A DNA stretch of 63,922 nt, counting the filler, from Olpidium bornovanus S191 (Eukaryota > Fungi > Olpidiomycota): assembly GCA_017911155.1 (NCBI GenBank). It is 27 parts of 27 records of this genome, joined end to end, with 100 filler letters (N's around TTAATTAATTAA, not from the genome) between each part and the next. Parts side by side here need not be neighbours in the genome. Positions count along the whole stretch, not along the records: positions 26,065 to 28,206 come from JAEFCI010003404.1; positions 28,307 to 30,289 come from JAEFCI010009279.1; positions 30,390 to 31,653 come from JAEFCI010004408.1; positions 31,754 to 33,132 come from JAEFCI010010214.1; positions 33,233 to 36,276 come from JAEFCI010012462.1; positions 36,377 to 38,021 come from JAEFCI010001817.1; positions 38,122 to 40,547 come from JAEFCI010004829.1; 20 more parts are not named here. One strand, given 5' to 3'. How positions within the stretch are numbered: position 1 is the stretch's first letter; every line of letters begins with the position of its first letter. This document shows, one piece after another, positions 28,081 through 39,643 of the stretch. Position numbers and translations under genes: made by a program. The notes beneath the pieces are model-generated. The model was not told the DNA's origin. It searched no databases and saw nothing but the letters and a program-made list of their open reading frames with translations.

Positions 28081-28307
28081 TATACCATGTACATCTCCGG
28101 GCACGCTTGACCTATTGCCGTTCGAGTGACAGACAAAACCAGGTCGTGGAGAACGCGGCGGACTGTGATCGGAACGTATATTTGCTCGTCGGTTATGACG
28201 GTGGCCNNNNNNNNNNNNNNNNNNNNNNNNNNNNNNNNNNNNNNNNNNNNTTAATTAATTAANNNNNNNNNNNNNNNNNNNNNNNNNNNNNNNNNNNNNN
28301 NNNNNNC

Positions 28308-30011
28308 ATGTTCAAAGACAACGACAACCAGCGGAAGTTGGACGACCTCGATCTAGACGACATCCTGGCCCGCGCGGAGCACACGGAGACAATGACCGGC
28401 GGGATCGACTCCGACGGCGGCGCGCAGTTCCTTGAGCAATTCAAGATGATCGATTACGGCGGGGGCGAGAACGATCTTTCGTGGGAGGACATCATCCCGG
28501 AGTCGGACCGGCGCAGGTTGGAGGAAGAGGAGAAGACCCAGGTGCAGCTTGCCATGTGGCAGACCTCGCAGCGGCGGAGGACGGTCGTCAACTACGCCAA
28601 CGACGGCGAGGCCGCAGCGTCGCGTCGCGGCGACGACGACGATCACGAGAAGGTTGCGAAAAAGAAGAAGAAGCCGTCTGTTCCGAAGAAGAAACGGAAG
28701 GCGGCCGAAGAATGCGCGGAAGCCGGCCTCGGCGACAAGGACGTGCGGGCGCTCATCAAGGCCATGATGCGCTTTGGGCCCATCCGGGCGCGCTACGACG
28801 ATATCGCTGCCGACGCCGAGTTGGAGTCGAAGGACCGCGGTGAAGTTATCGCCGTCGCGGACCAGCTCAGGTCTGCGTGCCTGAAGGCTGTGAGTGAGGC
28901 TGAGGACAACCGGGCCGAGAAGGCCAAGCGCGCCATCATGATCACGTTCCACGGGAACAAGGTCAACGCCGGCATATTCGTGCAGCGGCTGGGCGACATG
29001 AAGGCTCTTGCCAAATTTGTGGCCAACAGCCCGATGGCCAAAACGAACGTCTCGAGTTTCAGGCTCAACCTTCCTATCAAATCGGCCAACGGCTGGTCGG
29101 GGAACTGGGGCAACAAGGAGGATTCCATGCTCGTTTTGGGCGTGAACAAGCACGGGTTCGGAAAGTGGGCCGCGATCCGCGACGACCGCTCCCTCGGGCT
29201 CGGGGAAAAGATTTTTGTGGGAGGTCGGGACGACGACGAGGAGGTTGACGGTGACTCAAAAATGACGCCCGGCTCGGTGCACCTGGGCCGGAGGGCTGAC
29301 TACCTGTTAAGGCTTATCCGAGACTCTGAGTACGAGCGCGACGCCGTCCGAGGACGGGTCACGAACGGGTCCGCGGGGAAGACGACCACTCCGGCGCATG
29401 CGGGACATGTGCGCGGACCTGCGACGCGCATGCCGCTTCAGGAACAGGCTTCGCGGGGGAAAGAATCTCACCGCGAGCCGAAGGCGGAGCCGGCGGGGCG
29501 CTACAAGCCGTACGACAAGGAGAAGATTCCGCGGAAGCGGACGGTCACGCCCGAATCGCGCGGCGGCGGCGTCCCGTCGCGGTCGGCCAGCGCGAATTCC
29601 GCGTCGCAGGCGTCGGACGTTTCAATGAGCGACGGGGAGATCGCCTACCTCAAGTCGGAGATGTGGTCGGTGAGGAAGTACCTGGGGAAGCTGAAGCACG
29701 AGCTGTACGGCCTCAAGGGGCGCGAGAAAGTCCCGGTCATCAAGGAGTGCCTGGGCGCCATCGGCCACCAGATCGAGGAGCTCTGCGCCCGGCAGCCGGC
29801 CGCGGAGAGGGCGGCGTACACGCGGCGGCGCTGGGAGTTCGCCACGCTCTTCTGGCCCGACGGGCAGGGCACCGTGACGGCCGAGAAGCTCGCCGGGATG
29901 TACAAGAAGCTGCTGGAAGAGGACTGCAAGGCCTCCGACGCGACCAAGCAAGCGGCGGCCGCTGGAACGGCGCCCGCGACTCCGCCGTCCGCCGGGACGT
30001 CCAGTCACTAA
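28308..30011 (+). CDS. CHD1: Chromatin remodeller CHD1 (Hrp1/Hrp3-like), C-terminal half: post-helicase, SANT/SLIDE and C-terminal DUF4208-like domain
   Basis: MFKDNDNQRKLDDLDLDDILARAEHTET, SWEDIIP, WGNKEDSMLVLGVNKHGFGKWAAIRDDRSLGLGEKIF, HLGRRADYLL, IKECLGAIGHQI...WEFATLFWP...L..MYKKL. Single 567-aa ORF. Confidence 0.93.
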   Translation: MFKDNDNQRKLDDLDLDDILARAEHTETMTGGIDSDGGAQFLEQFKMIDYGGGENDLSWEDIIPESDRRRLEEEEKTQVQLAMWQTSQRRRTVVNYANDGEAAASRRGDDDDHEKVAKKKKKPSVPKKKRKAAEECAEAGLGDKDVRALIKAMMRFGPIRARYDDIAADAELESKDRGEVIAVADQLRSACLKAVSEAEDNRAEKAKRAIMITFHGNKVNAGIFVQRLGDMKALAKFVANSPMAKTNVSSFRLNLPIKSANGWSGNWGNKEDSMLVLGVNKHGFGKWAAIRDDRSLGLGEKIFVGGRDDDEEVDGDSKMTPGSVHLGRRADYLLRLIRDSEYERDAVRGRVTNGSAGKTTTPAHAGHVRGPATRMPLQEQASRGKESHREPKAEPAGRYKPYDKEKIPRKRTVTPESRGGGVPSRSASANSASQASDVSMSDGEIAYLKSEMWSVRKYLGKLKHELYGLKGREKVPVIKECLGAIGHQIEELCARQPAAERAAYTRRRWEFATLFWPDGQGTVTAEKLAGMYKKLLEEDCKASDATKQAAAAGTAPATPPSAGTSSH

Positions 30012-30790
30012 TGTCCATTCGCAAGGGAGCTTGGCCTGCCTCCCCCCCCCGCCCCCCCCCCCCCCCCCCCCCCAACTTCATCGCTCGTGCAACGCTATGG
30101 CTTTGGGTGGGGGGGGGACCACGTGCTCGACCATCGGGCGCGTTGCCGCCAAAGACTGAAAACTGTTCCATGTCGAGTCCTTCGAACCTACTTTTCTTGA
30201 TGCACACACACAACCCCCCCACCCCCTGCCTTTTCCCCGCACGTAGCGCTTCTGTCGTGGTGTCGTCAAAACCCGTTGTCTCCCCCCCGNNNNNNNNNNN
30301 NNNNNNNNNNNNNNNNNNNNNNNNNNNNNNNNNTTAATTAATTAANNNNNNNNNNNNNNNNNNNNNNNNNNNNNNNNNNNNNNNNNNNNAATTCTAATAA
30401 CTCCGTTTGGTTTGTACAACCAGGGGGCTTCCCCGGGAAAGAAGGGGAAGAGAGAGGCAGAAGAAAGAAGGGAGGGGGGAGGGGGAATGTGCGCGCCGCG
30501 GGCGTTCATGCCATCCTCCCGGCGGGGGATGCAAGCGAGCAGATCGTCAGCGACCGCCCGCTGCACCTTCTGCGCGGCGAGACCGACGGTCTCGGCCACC
30601 GCAAGGCACACGGCGAGGGCGAACGTGCCCGTCCAGCAGGCGACGTACGCCCCCGTCCGCGCCGAGCCAACGGCGGCGCGGTCCGCGCCTGCCAGCGCTG
30701 CCGACAGCACTGGTCGGCAGCGCGCCGACCACACCGCGAACCGCCGCCGTCCAAGGGCGGCGGCTTCGCGGACGCCTCCGCCGGTTTGCC

Positions 30791-30837
<47 letters not shown>

Positions 30838-30898
30838 TTGGGAGGACGAGCTCCTCCAGTACCGGGTCCGCGGAGGCAACCGCTCTCCGGAACTGCTC

Positions 30899-31010
30899 GC
30901 GGCAGGCGTCGCGAAGCCGGCCGCGAAGGGAACCGCGGCAGGCGTCGCGGAGCCGGCCGCGAAGGGAACCGCGGCAGGCGTCGCGGAGCCGGCCGCGAAG
31001 GGAACCGCGG
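30899..31010. repeat. 36-bp GC-rich tandem repeat, 3 copies
   Basis: gcggcaggcgtcgcg(a/g)agccggccgcgaagggaacc x3 (AAGVAEPAAKGT on +, RGSLRGRLRDAC on -). Confidence 0.9.
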
Positions 31011-31829
31011 CCGGCTGCCGCCTCGGTCTCCAGGTCCTTGCGGGCCTGTGGGGGTAGGGAAAGCCGCGTCGCAGCGCTTCCTTCTTGGGACGGCTTGGTT
31101 GCAATGGCCTGACAGCTTCTAACGTCCTCACAAGGCGCGTTCGCATCGACCTGACCACCTTCGAGGAGCCGGCTCGATCGCTTCAATTCCGTGTGACCTG
31201 CGGTGTCACGAGCTGCGCACAGGCGGGCGCTCATTTCCTCCGTCGTCGTGTCACCAGGCTCGGACGTGTGTGACCAGCGGTGTCCGTCAAAAAAAAAATT
31301 CCGGGCTTGCTTCAGCCGGGGAGGGTTCGACGTTCGCGGCGCCGACGTTGGGGTTCTGGAGTGCTCGTTGGAATCGCGCTGGTCGCGAAAGGCAGAATCA
31401 GACAACCACGCGGGCAAAAGCGGGCGGCGCGCTATCGCAGAATTGGTGGCCGCGTCCCCGGCCAAGGTCGAGCAATCCACGTCGGGATCGACCGCAAAAG
31501 AAACGTTCTGCATGAGGCCGTCCAGCAGGACGCACACCTGCTTAAAGGCGTTTTCCTCCCAAGTGCCCGCGAATGCGAAACGTGGAGTGGTCTGATCCGA
31601 GTTCGAAAGTTGTCCCGCGTTTTCGTTGGGGTGTTGAGATATCTGTTCCCATGNNNNNNNNNNNNNNNNNNNNNNNNNNNNNNNNNNNNNNNNNNNNTTA
31701 ATTAATTAANNNNNNNNNNNNNNNNNNNNNNNNNNNNNNNNNNNNNNNNNNNNCCTCCCACGTTCCAAAACGGAAAGTTTTGAGGAGAGGTTGTCCCGGA
31801 AGATCACGACGCAAAAGATATCACGTGGA

Positions 31830-32310
31830 GCTGGGGTGGAAAAGGTGTGGCGGGAAAAGGTGTGCCAAGAAATCGTGACGCGGAAACGTGTGTCGGAAAA
31901 AGTGTGTCGGAAAAAAGTGTGTCGGAAAAAAGTGTGTCGGAAAAAGTGTCGGGAAAGGTTTGTCGGGAAAAGTGTGTCGGGAAAAGGGTGTTGGGGAAAG
32001 TGTGTCGCGAAAAGTGTGTCGGGAAAAGTTGTGTCGGAAAAAGTGTGTTTGTGTCATCGAAAGTTGCATCGACAAAAGTTTTGTCGGGAAAAGTGTGTTG
32101 CGCAAAAATTTGTGTGCACACCCAAAATTTGGCGAGAAAGCCGTGACGGAAGCCTCATTGTACCGGCAAAAGTTGTGTGCGCAAGTTTTGGCAAGAAAGC
32201 TGTGACGGAAGCCTTGTTGTGTCGGCAAAGGTTATGTCACGAAAAGTGCATCGCGTGAAAAGTTGTATGCACAAGTTTTGGCTGGAAAGCCGTGATGGAA
32301 TCCGCGCGGC
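31830..32310. repeat. Hierarchical minisatellite: 13-15-bp GAAAA(A)GTGTGTCG units grading into about 3 longer (about 55-60 bp) units
   Basis: Near-perfect core ggaaaaagtgtgtc x4 at about 31895-31950, degenerate copies on both sides, then repeats containing aagttttggc..gaaagc(c/t)gtga(c/t)ggaa. Confidence 0.85.
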
Positions 32311-33364
32311 AAATATGTGCACCGGTGCAGATATCGGTGCAGATATGCGCACCGGCTTTGGCTGTCATGCGATATCTTCTAGTGATGTCACGTTGGTGAC
32401 TCCCGATATATCAACGAGATATCTGGGGGGTTTGGCTGTGTAGTGCGGAAGTCGAAAATTTTTACCCTTTTTCAAAAATATTTGTGGCGCGACAGGTTGA
32501 CCGAAAGAGAGCACTCCGGAACGCCCGCGCGCCCATCGGACGTTCCCGTCATGGTGGGGCGGCGCGAAGGGTGGCTCCGGCGATAGAAGGTTAACGAGAT
32601 GCCGTGACGAAAGAGCGGGGGCAGCGCGCCTCTGCCGGTCCCTCTTCCCAGGGTTGAGTGGCAGTCAATCACTGCTAAATGGCGGATGTGGATGGATCCG
32701 GAAACGCGTGACGAACGACGCACGCAGAAAGCCCGCGCCCGCGCGCAACGCGGTCCCGTAACTAAAATAACTGAACGGCGCGCCCTGTCGAGTTACGTCC
32801 GGATTCTCGTTTTTCTCTGTTTTCTTTTTTTTCTTTTGGTTCGGTTTTCTCTTTTTTTCAAGTTTCTTTTGGTTCGGTTTTCTCTTTTTTTCAAGTTTTT
32901 TTTTTTTTCCTTTTTTTTTTTTTTTTTTTTCCTATTTTCATTTTTTCCTATTTTCTTTTTTTCCTATTTTCTTTTTTTTTCGTTCGATTTCTTTTTGGTT
33001 TCTGTTCTTCTTTTCTTTATTTTTTTTTGTTTTTGTTTTCTTTTTTTTCTTGTTTTTCTCTTTTTCTCCCTTCTCTTTTTCCTTTTTTTTCTTCTTTTTT
33101 TCATTTTCTTTTTGAAATATTCCAACGTGAACNNNNNNNNNNNNNNNNNNNNNNNNNNNNNNNNNNNNNNNNNNNNTTAATTAATTAANNNNNNNNNNNN
33201 NNNNNNNNNNNNNNNNNNNNNNNNNNNNNNNNAAAAAAGGCGACGCCGGCCTCTCTGTCCCGCTCCTTTACGGCGGTCTCCTTGCCTCCTGCGACAAAAC
33301 GGATATCGTCCGCAGCCTCAGGAGTCTCGTCTGATCGGAGGCTCGCCGGTGCCAAATACGAAAA

Positions 33365-36232
33365 TTGCATGGTTACAGGATCCAGGCCTCTGCCAACGGA
33401 CAATCGTCGTCCTCCAACGAGTCGGCGGACTCGGATTTCACGCTCGACGGGCCTCTGTCAAACTCCTTCCTGAAGGAGGAACAGAGTCCCGCTCGGGTCT
33501 TAGACCTCTGCTGCGGTCAAGGTCGCCACGCCCTGCAGCTGGCCAGGGAATATCCCCACTTGACCATATGCGGTCACGACCAGTCTTCTTTTTTGATATC
33601 TCTGGCTAAGGAACGCGCGGCGGCCGCCGGCCTGACCGTCAACACGACGTTTACCGTCGGGGATTGCCGCAGCGCCCCCTACCCGGACGAGCACTTCCAG
33701 CTGATCCTCGTCCTGGGGAATTCTTTCGGGTATTTCGATGCTGATTCCGGCGACCGTGCGTTCCTCGACGAGGTGTACCGCCTGCTGGCGCCGGGGGGCC
33801 ACGTCGTCCTGGACCTCGTCGACGGCGGCTACATGCGGGAAAACTTCGCCGAGCGCTCCTGGGAGTGGGTGGACGACTCCACGTTCGTTTGCCGCGAACG
33901 CGCGCTCTCCCGTGACGCGAAGCGGCTCCTGTCCCGCGAGGTCGTGACGGTCGCGGATCACGGGGTGGTCCGCGACCAGTTTTACCAGGAGCGGCTGTAC
34001 TCCCGCTCCGAGATCACCGACCTCCTCGAGTCCTCGGGCCTCCTGGACGTCGCCAAGCTCAATGACGGCGGGTACGGGACCAACTCGCTTCTGCGTTACG
34101 AAGCCTCGTACGGCTCGTCGTCTTCGTGTTCTTCGAACGAAACGGACTCGTCCGTTCCGCCGGTCAAGCCTTCGCCGGCCGAGATCGTGACGGCCGCCAA
34201 GGACATGAGCAAGCGGAAAGAGGATCTGGGCATGATGGAGCAGAGGATGTTTATTTTTGCGATGAAACCGACGTGGCTCGAATGCTCCGAGGCCGACGAG
34301 CACGAGACGAAGAACCCCGAGGAGATCGTTATCCCCTCCCCGAAACCGAAGGCGTGCCGCTTCCCGGCAAAGACCGACCGTCGCGGCAAGTCCAAGCGGC
34401 AAGCCAGCCGCGCAAGCCGCTCCTCGAGCGCCACCGCGAGCGACGAAGAGGCCGAGGGCGAACGCGGGGGCGACCCGGCGGACTTCGTCGCCGCTGCGCC
34501 GCCCGAGCCGGCCGCCGTGCCCCGGCAGGTTCGCGCGCCAGGCGTACGTGCGCCGCCGGCGTTCCCCGCGCCCTTCACCGTCATTCTCGGCGATCCGCGC
34601 ATTCCGTGTCCCGGGAAGCTCAACGACACGTGGAACCCGGAGGATTACGACACCCGCCGGCGGCTGATCGACGCCCTCGTCGAGATGGGCTACCCGCGAT
34701 CGAGTTTCGAAGTCCTCGACGACCACTCGTCCCTCGTCGCGGACCTGTGCGCGCAGAAGCCGGGTTTCGTCTTTAACCTGTGCGACGAGGGCTTCGGCAA
34801 CGACGCTCTCAAAGAGCTCCACGTTCCGGCATTGCTGGAGACGCTGGGCGCCAAGTACAGCGGTGCGGGCCCGGTCTGCCTGGGAATCTGCTTTGATAAA
34901 GGTGAGGTACCGGTAATTACGGCGTGCTCGGGCGTCAAATTTTAGTCGGACGCTCACCCTGCCCGACGTTAACCCGGATGTGCAAGGTCTGGTCAACCGC
35001 ACCGCCAAAGCGCTCGGGGTGCCCACCCCGCGAGAAACGTACTACCTGGCCGAGAACGCTTCCACTCGGTTCCTGGCGGACCCGGGCTCGTCGCCCAGCC
35101 CCGACTTTTACGACCCTGTACTCCCTGCATCAGCCTGGCAAGCACGCGAATCATCGTCGAAGTCTCTCACTCCTTGCACGCAAGACATCACGGCCGTCAC
35201 CACGGCCATCGCCACCGAGATCGGGTACCCGTGCTTTATTAAACCAATGCGGGGCGACAACTCCATCGGCATTACCACGCGGTCCATAATCCACACGCCG
35301 GCCGAAGCCGCGAGCTACATACGCGAGCTTCGCGGAATGGACATCAGCGACGTCATCATCCAGGAATACCTGGAGGGACCCGAGTACGGTGTAGGCGTCA
35401 TCGGCAACCTTGTTCACCAAGACGGGGGGACGGGCACGGAAGGGAACGGCCTGAGATATCTGCCGACCATGAAAGTTTGTATTCCGCGTCCCGCACTTTC
35501 GAACCTTCGAAACTCTGTGCACCGTCCTGCGGCCGAAACGACTCCTGATATCCTCTTCTTACCCCCCCCACACCTTTGCGGGTATCCGACATGCGGGTGT
35601 GTCCAGGTTGACTTCAGCCGCATCGTCGACCTCGACCTACCCCCGATACTCGGGTTTGAGTCCAAATGGAACCCCGCGAGTCCGTACTGGTCTGGTACGC
35701 GCAATCGTCCCGCTTTGGATTCGCGACTGAAAACTCGCGGTTAACAGCGGCTCCCCGCCGCGTCGGTACTGCGCAAAAAAAAAAACAAAAAAAAAACGTG
35801 GCGGGTCGGGCAGAGGTCCGGTACGTCCCCGCTCAGCTTCCCGCGGAGACGGAGGCCGCGCTGCGGACGTGGTGCGCGGTCCTGTTCGAGCGGTTCGGCT
35901 GCCGCGACTACGCGCGGTTTGATTTCCGGGCCGACAGCCGCGGCGCGATCAAGCTCCTCGAGGTGAACCCGAACCCGGGCTGGTGCTGGGACGGCAAGCT
36001 CGCGCACATGGGCGAGTTCGAGGGTTCTTCGTACCCGGACGTCCTGCGCGAGGTGCTCGAGGCGGCGCATCGGCGCTGCTTCCCGCCCGAGGAGAAGCCG
36101 CCCGCGCACGCCGCGGGCCCCGCAGCTGCGGTCGACGGGCTCGAGGTCAAAAGGGCATGGCCTCTGCCGCCGGCGGCAGGCGAGAAGGAGAACGGGGTCG
36201 CGGAAGGGGGCGAAACGTCCCCGCCGCCGTGA
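33365..36232 (+). CDS. Class I SAM methyltransferase + D-Ala-D-Ala-ligase-like ATP-grasp fusion protein, 4 exons, 5' end uncertain
   Basis: MTase motifs VLDLCCGQGRH and LGNSFGYF. ATP-grasp motifs VFNLCDEG, ELHVPALLE, DKG, FIKPMRGDNSIGI, IIQEYLEGPEYGVGVIG, RDYARFDFR, LLEVNPNPG. Phase-consistent GT-AG introns at 34902-34986, 35475-35606 and 35695-35813. Confidence 0.9.
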
Positions 36233-36719
36233 TATCCGCCCGCCTTCCTCCCCCCCCTTCCTCCTTTTCTCCCTGTNNNNNNNNNNNNNNNNNNNNNNNN
36301 NNNNNNNNNNNNNNNNNNNNTTAATTAATTAANNNNNNNNNNNNNNNNNNNNNNNNNNNNNNNNNNNNNNNNNNNNCATGCGGTCCACCAGGGACATCGC
36401 CCGCGGCCTCGGCGGAAAGGCCGGCGGAAAGGCCGGCGGTTCTGGCCGTAACGCAGAGACTCGCTCCTGTTCCATTGAAAACGTCTCCGGCTGTTTTTTT
36501 TGTTTTTTGTTTTTTGTTTTTGCCAGGCAGGAACAGATTACGCCTGTCGTTCAGAAACACGCAGATCACACACGCTGACCTCCCCCTCCGCCCCGCCCCG
36601 CTCCCCTTCCACGCGTCCTTCGCACCGCGGGCATTTCGCAACTGCTTGAAGGAAGGCGTCAGAATGGCAACCAACGGGACGATTTACCTTCTGCTGCACC
36701 TCAGCCCGCCCGGTGAGCC

Positions 36720-37372
36720 CGGTTGACGTTTCTGCCGCAGCAGAGGCGGACTGCGCGTCCCAGATTATCTCGTAGCATTGCTTAGCCTCCACGACGAGGT
36801 TGATGAGATTGCTCTCGTTGTGGCTCGTCCGCTCTTCGAGTTTCTCGACAGCGGCCTTTGTCGCAGATTGCAAAGCGAACAGCTACGGCGCGAGGCAGAG
36901 GTCCGTCAAAAACGTTTTCCGCCAGACGCCGTTTTCGGAAAGAGCCCCTCCCGGCCGTCCCCCGAGAAACGCACCTCGGCAACCTCCTTGGCAAGCTCCG
37001 AGGCCGTTTTGGAGGCCCGGCCGGACTGGTCGCGGGCCGCCTGGATCCGCCTCTCGGTCCGCGCGGCCTGTTCCTCCTGCTGGGCGTGCAGCACCTGGAC
37101 CTCCTGCTCCAGGGCGGCGCAAGTGCGCGCGGCCGCCGACGCCTTGGCCAGCGCGGACCGCGCGATCTCGTCCAGCCCCGCGACCTTTTCCGCCAGCGCC
37201 TCCAGCTCGGTGCGCAGGTCCTGGCACGCGCCCCGCGCGGCATCCAGCTCCCTCTGCACGGCGCGGCCCGACTCGCGCAGGGAGGCGTTCAGCTTTTCCG
37301 ACTCCTCGACCTGCTCGGCGTAGCGGTTCAGCAGTTCGCGGTTTGCATGCTCCGCTCGAGCTATCTGAGTGA
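36720..37372 (-). CDS. Coiled-coil protein fragment, unrecognised
   Basis: Heptad-rich exon IARAEHANRELLNRYAEQVEESEKLNASLRESGRAVQRELDAARGACQDLRTELEALAEKV... followed by exon LFALQSATKAAVEKLEERTSHNESNLINLVVEAKQCYEII. Confidence 0.5.
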
Positions 37373-38121
37373 AAGGAAAAGGCAAAATCCGCCCCCCCCC
37401 CCCCCACACCCACGCACACCCCACCCCGGCCGCCGAAGTTAATGCTGCGAAGTCTCCCGGCGAAGCATTCCCCTCCTCCCCCCCCCCCCCCCCCCCCAGG
37501 CCCCCCCCCCTTTTCTCATCCGAAGTCTTGCCAAAACGCCTCAACGCACCATCGAACGCGCCTCCGACTCGTCTTCCGCGAGCTTCCGCTCGAGCTCCTC
37601 GTTTCTCTTCGTCAGCTCAAGGCCATACTGAGCACTCTGCGTCAACAGCTCGCGAAGGCTCGCCGTCTCCGCCGCTGACGACGGCTGATCTACGACGGGC
37701 CGTGAGTGCCGCGAAAAAGCCGGGCGCGCACGCCGACCGGCCTGCCGACCGCGGAACCGGGTCCGGCTCCGGATCCGGCCGGGAAATTAAATGTTCCTCC
37801 CGCACGTACCCAGGCCGGCTTTCTGTCCGCTTCGCCATCGAACGCGACGAGTATCCGAGCCGTCCGATATCTGTGTCGCGTTTTTTTTTTTGGTTTTCGC
37901 GTCGCGCGCGCGGGGTTTCGGGGCGAAAAAAGCCAGACGACGGCGTATGTGTGAAACGGGCAGGATCCCCCCGGGGGAGCGGGGGGGGGGGGGGGGGGGG
38001 TGTTTTGTGGGGGGGGGGGGGNNNNNNNNNNNNNNNNNNNNNNNNNNNNNNNNNNNNNNNNNNNNTTAATTAATTAANNNNNNNNNNNNNNNNNNNNNNN
38101 NNNNNNNNNNNNNNNNNNNNN

Positions 38122-38940
38122 CATGCGTCTGGCCATTGCGGCCATTCCTGGGAATGTCACAAGCCTCCAGGATTGTCAGGCCGCAGCACTCCAGTACGGC
38201 ACGTTAACTCTCGCTCGACCGCTCAAAGATTACGGCATTGAGCACACAGGGAAGGCCTGGTTCCAAGGACAAGGATAGATGTTCAGGCCGGAATTCCAAT
38301 TTCCACGGCCCAAAATCCGGACCACGCCCGGACCATCACAAGGGTCAACGTGCTCTGCCTAGGGAGCGCATAGCCGCCAAGCCCAAACACCCTTGCAAGT
38401 TTTGCAATTCAGCAGAACACTTCCCAAGCAACTGTCCTCGTATCCCACGTGAACTTCATGATGATGCCAAAAGGAACATCGAGGAACGTCAAAGGAATGA
38501 TGACCAAGGCAATGGTGATGTCTGCCATGATCACCCACCAGTTAGAGCCCTTGCCGCATGCGCTTGCGATCGCCCAACGGCGAACGACCGCTCTGGCACG
38601 ACCCAGCACATGTTCAACAGCCCCGACGCATTTGCCGATACCTGACAAGCCGTCACCGACATTGAGGTCCCAGATGGGTCACACATAAAATCGGCCGGCA
38701 CCGGGAATGTCGCCCTCGCCCAATCGCAAGGCTGTGGACTCCTTCTCGAAGATGCCCTCAACGTACCATCCTTTTCAACGTCACTGTTCTCGATTGCGAG
38801 AGCATGCGATCACAATGCTACTGTGACCTTTATGGCAAACATGGTCGAGATTCGAGACTCAACAACATCAGGATTAATAGCGACTGGGTCTCGACACGGA
38901 AATCTTTACCACCTAGATGTTAGATTGTGTCCATCCCCGC
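38122..38940 (+). mobile_element. Ty1/copia gag-pol fragment (zinc knuckle, protease, pre-integrase), degenerate
   Basis: CKFCNSAEHFPSNC (CCHC), degenerate protease D(R)SGTTQHM, in-frame TGA 38643-38645, then ...ATGSRHGNLYHLDV (pre-integrase). Interrupted at 38941. Confidence 0.8.
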
Positions 38941-39306
38941 TGTTGTACTATATGTAGTTTTTTCTTTGAATAAACTCTCCCCCTCCTCACGGAGCGGAAA
39001 CACAACGCAACGCAACAGGTTATGAGCCCAAAGGGACTCTGACGGGACGCCCCTTCCCCTCCCGTTGACGCGTCGCAGCTCCCTCCGTCACCCCCCCCCC
39101 ACCGCCCGCCGGCCGCCGCCGCCGCCGGCCGCTCACCGCCATCGCCGCCGCCACCGCCGCCGCCGCCGGCCGCTCATCGCTGACGCCGCTCACAGGCCCC
39201 TCACCGGCCGCTCACCCGCCGCTCACCGGCCCCTCACCGCCGCCGCCGCCGGCCGCTCATCGCCGCCGCTCATTGGCCCCTCACCGCCGCCGGCCGCTCA
39301 CCGCCA

Positions 39307-39378
<72 letters not shown>

Positions 39379-39598
39379 GCTCACCGCCATCGCCGCCGCC
39401 GCGCCAGCCGCTTACCGCCATCGCCGCCGCCGCCGCCGCCGCTGCCGCCGCCGCTCACCGGCCGCTCACCGGCCGCTCGCCGGCCGCTCACCGGCCGCTC
39501 GCCGGCCGCTCACCGCCGCCGCTGCCGCCTTCCGGCCGCTCGCCGGCCGCTCGCCAGCCGCTCACCGCTGCCGCCGCTGCCGCTGCCGCCGCTGCCGC

Positions 39599-39643
<45 letters not shown>

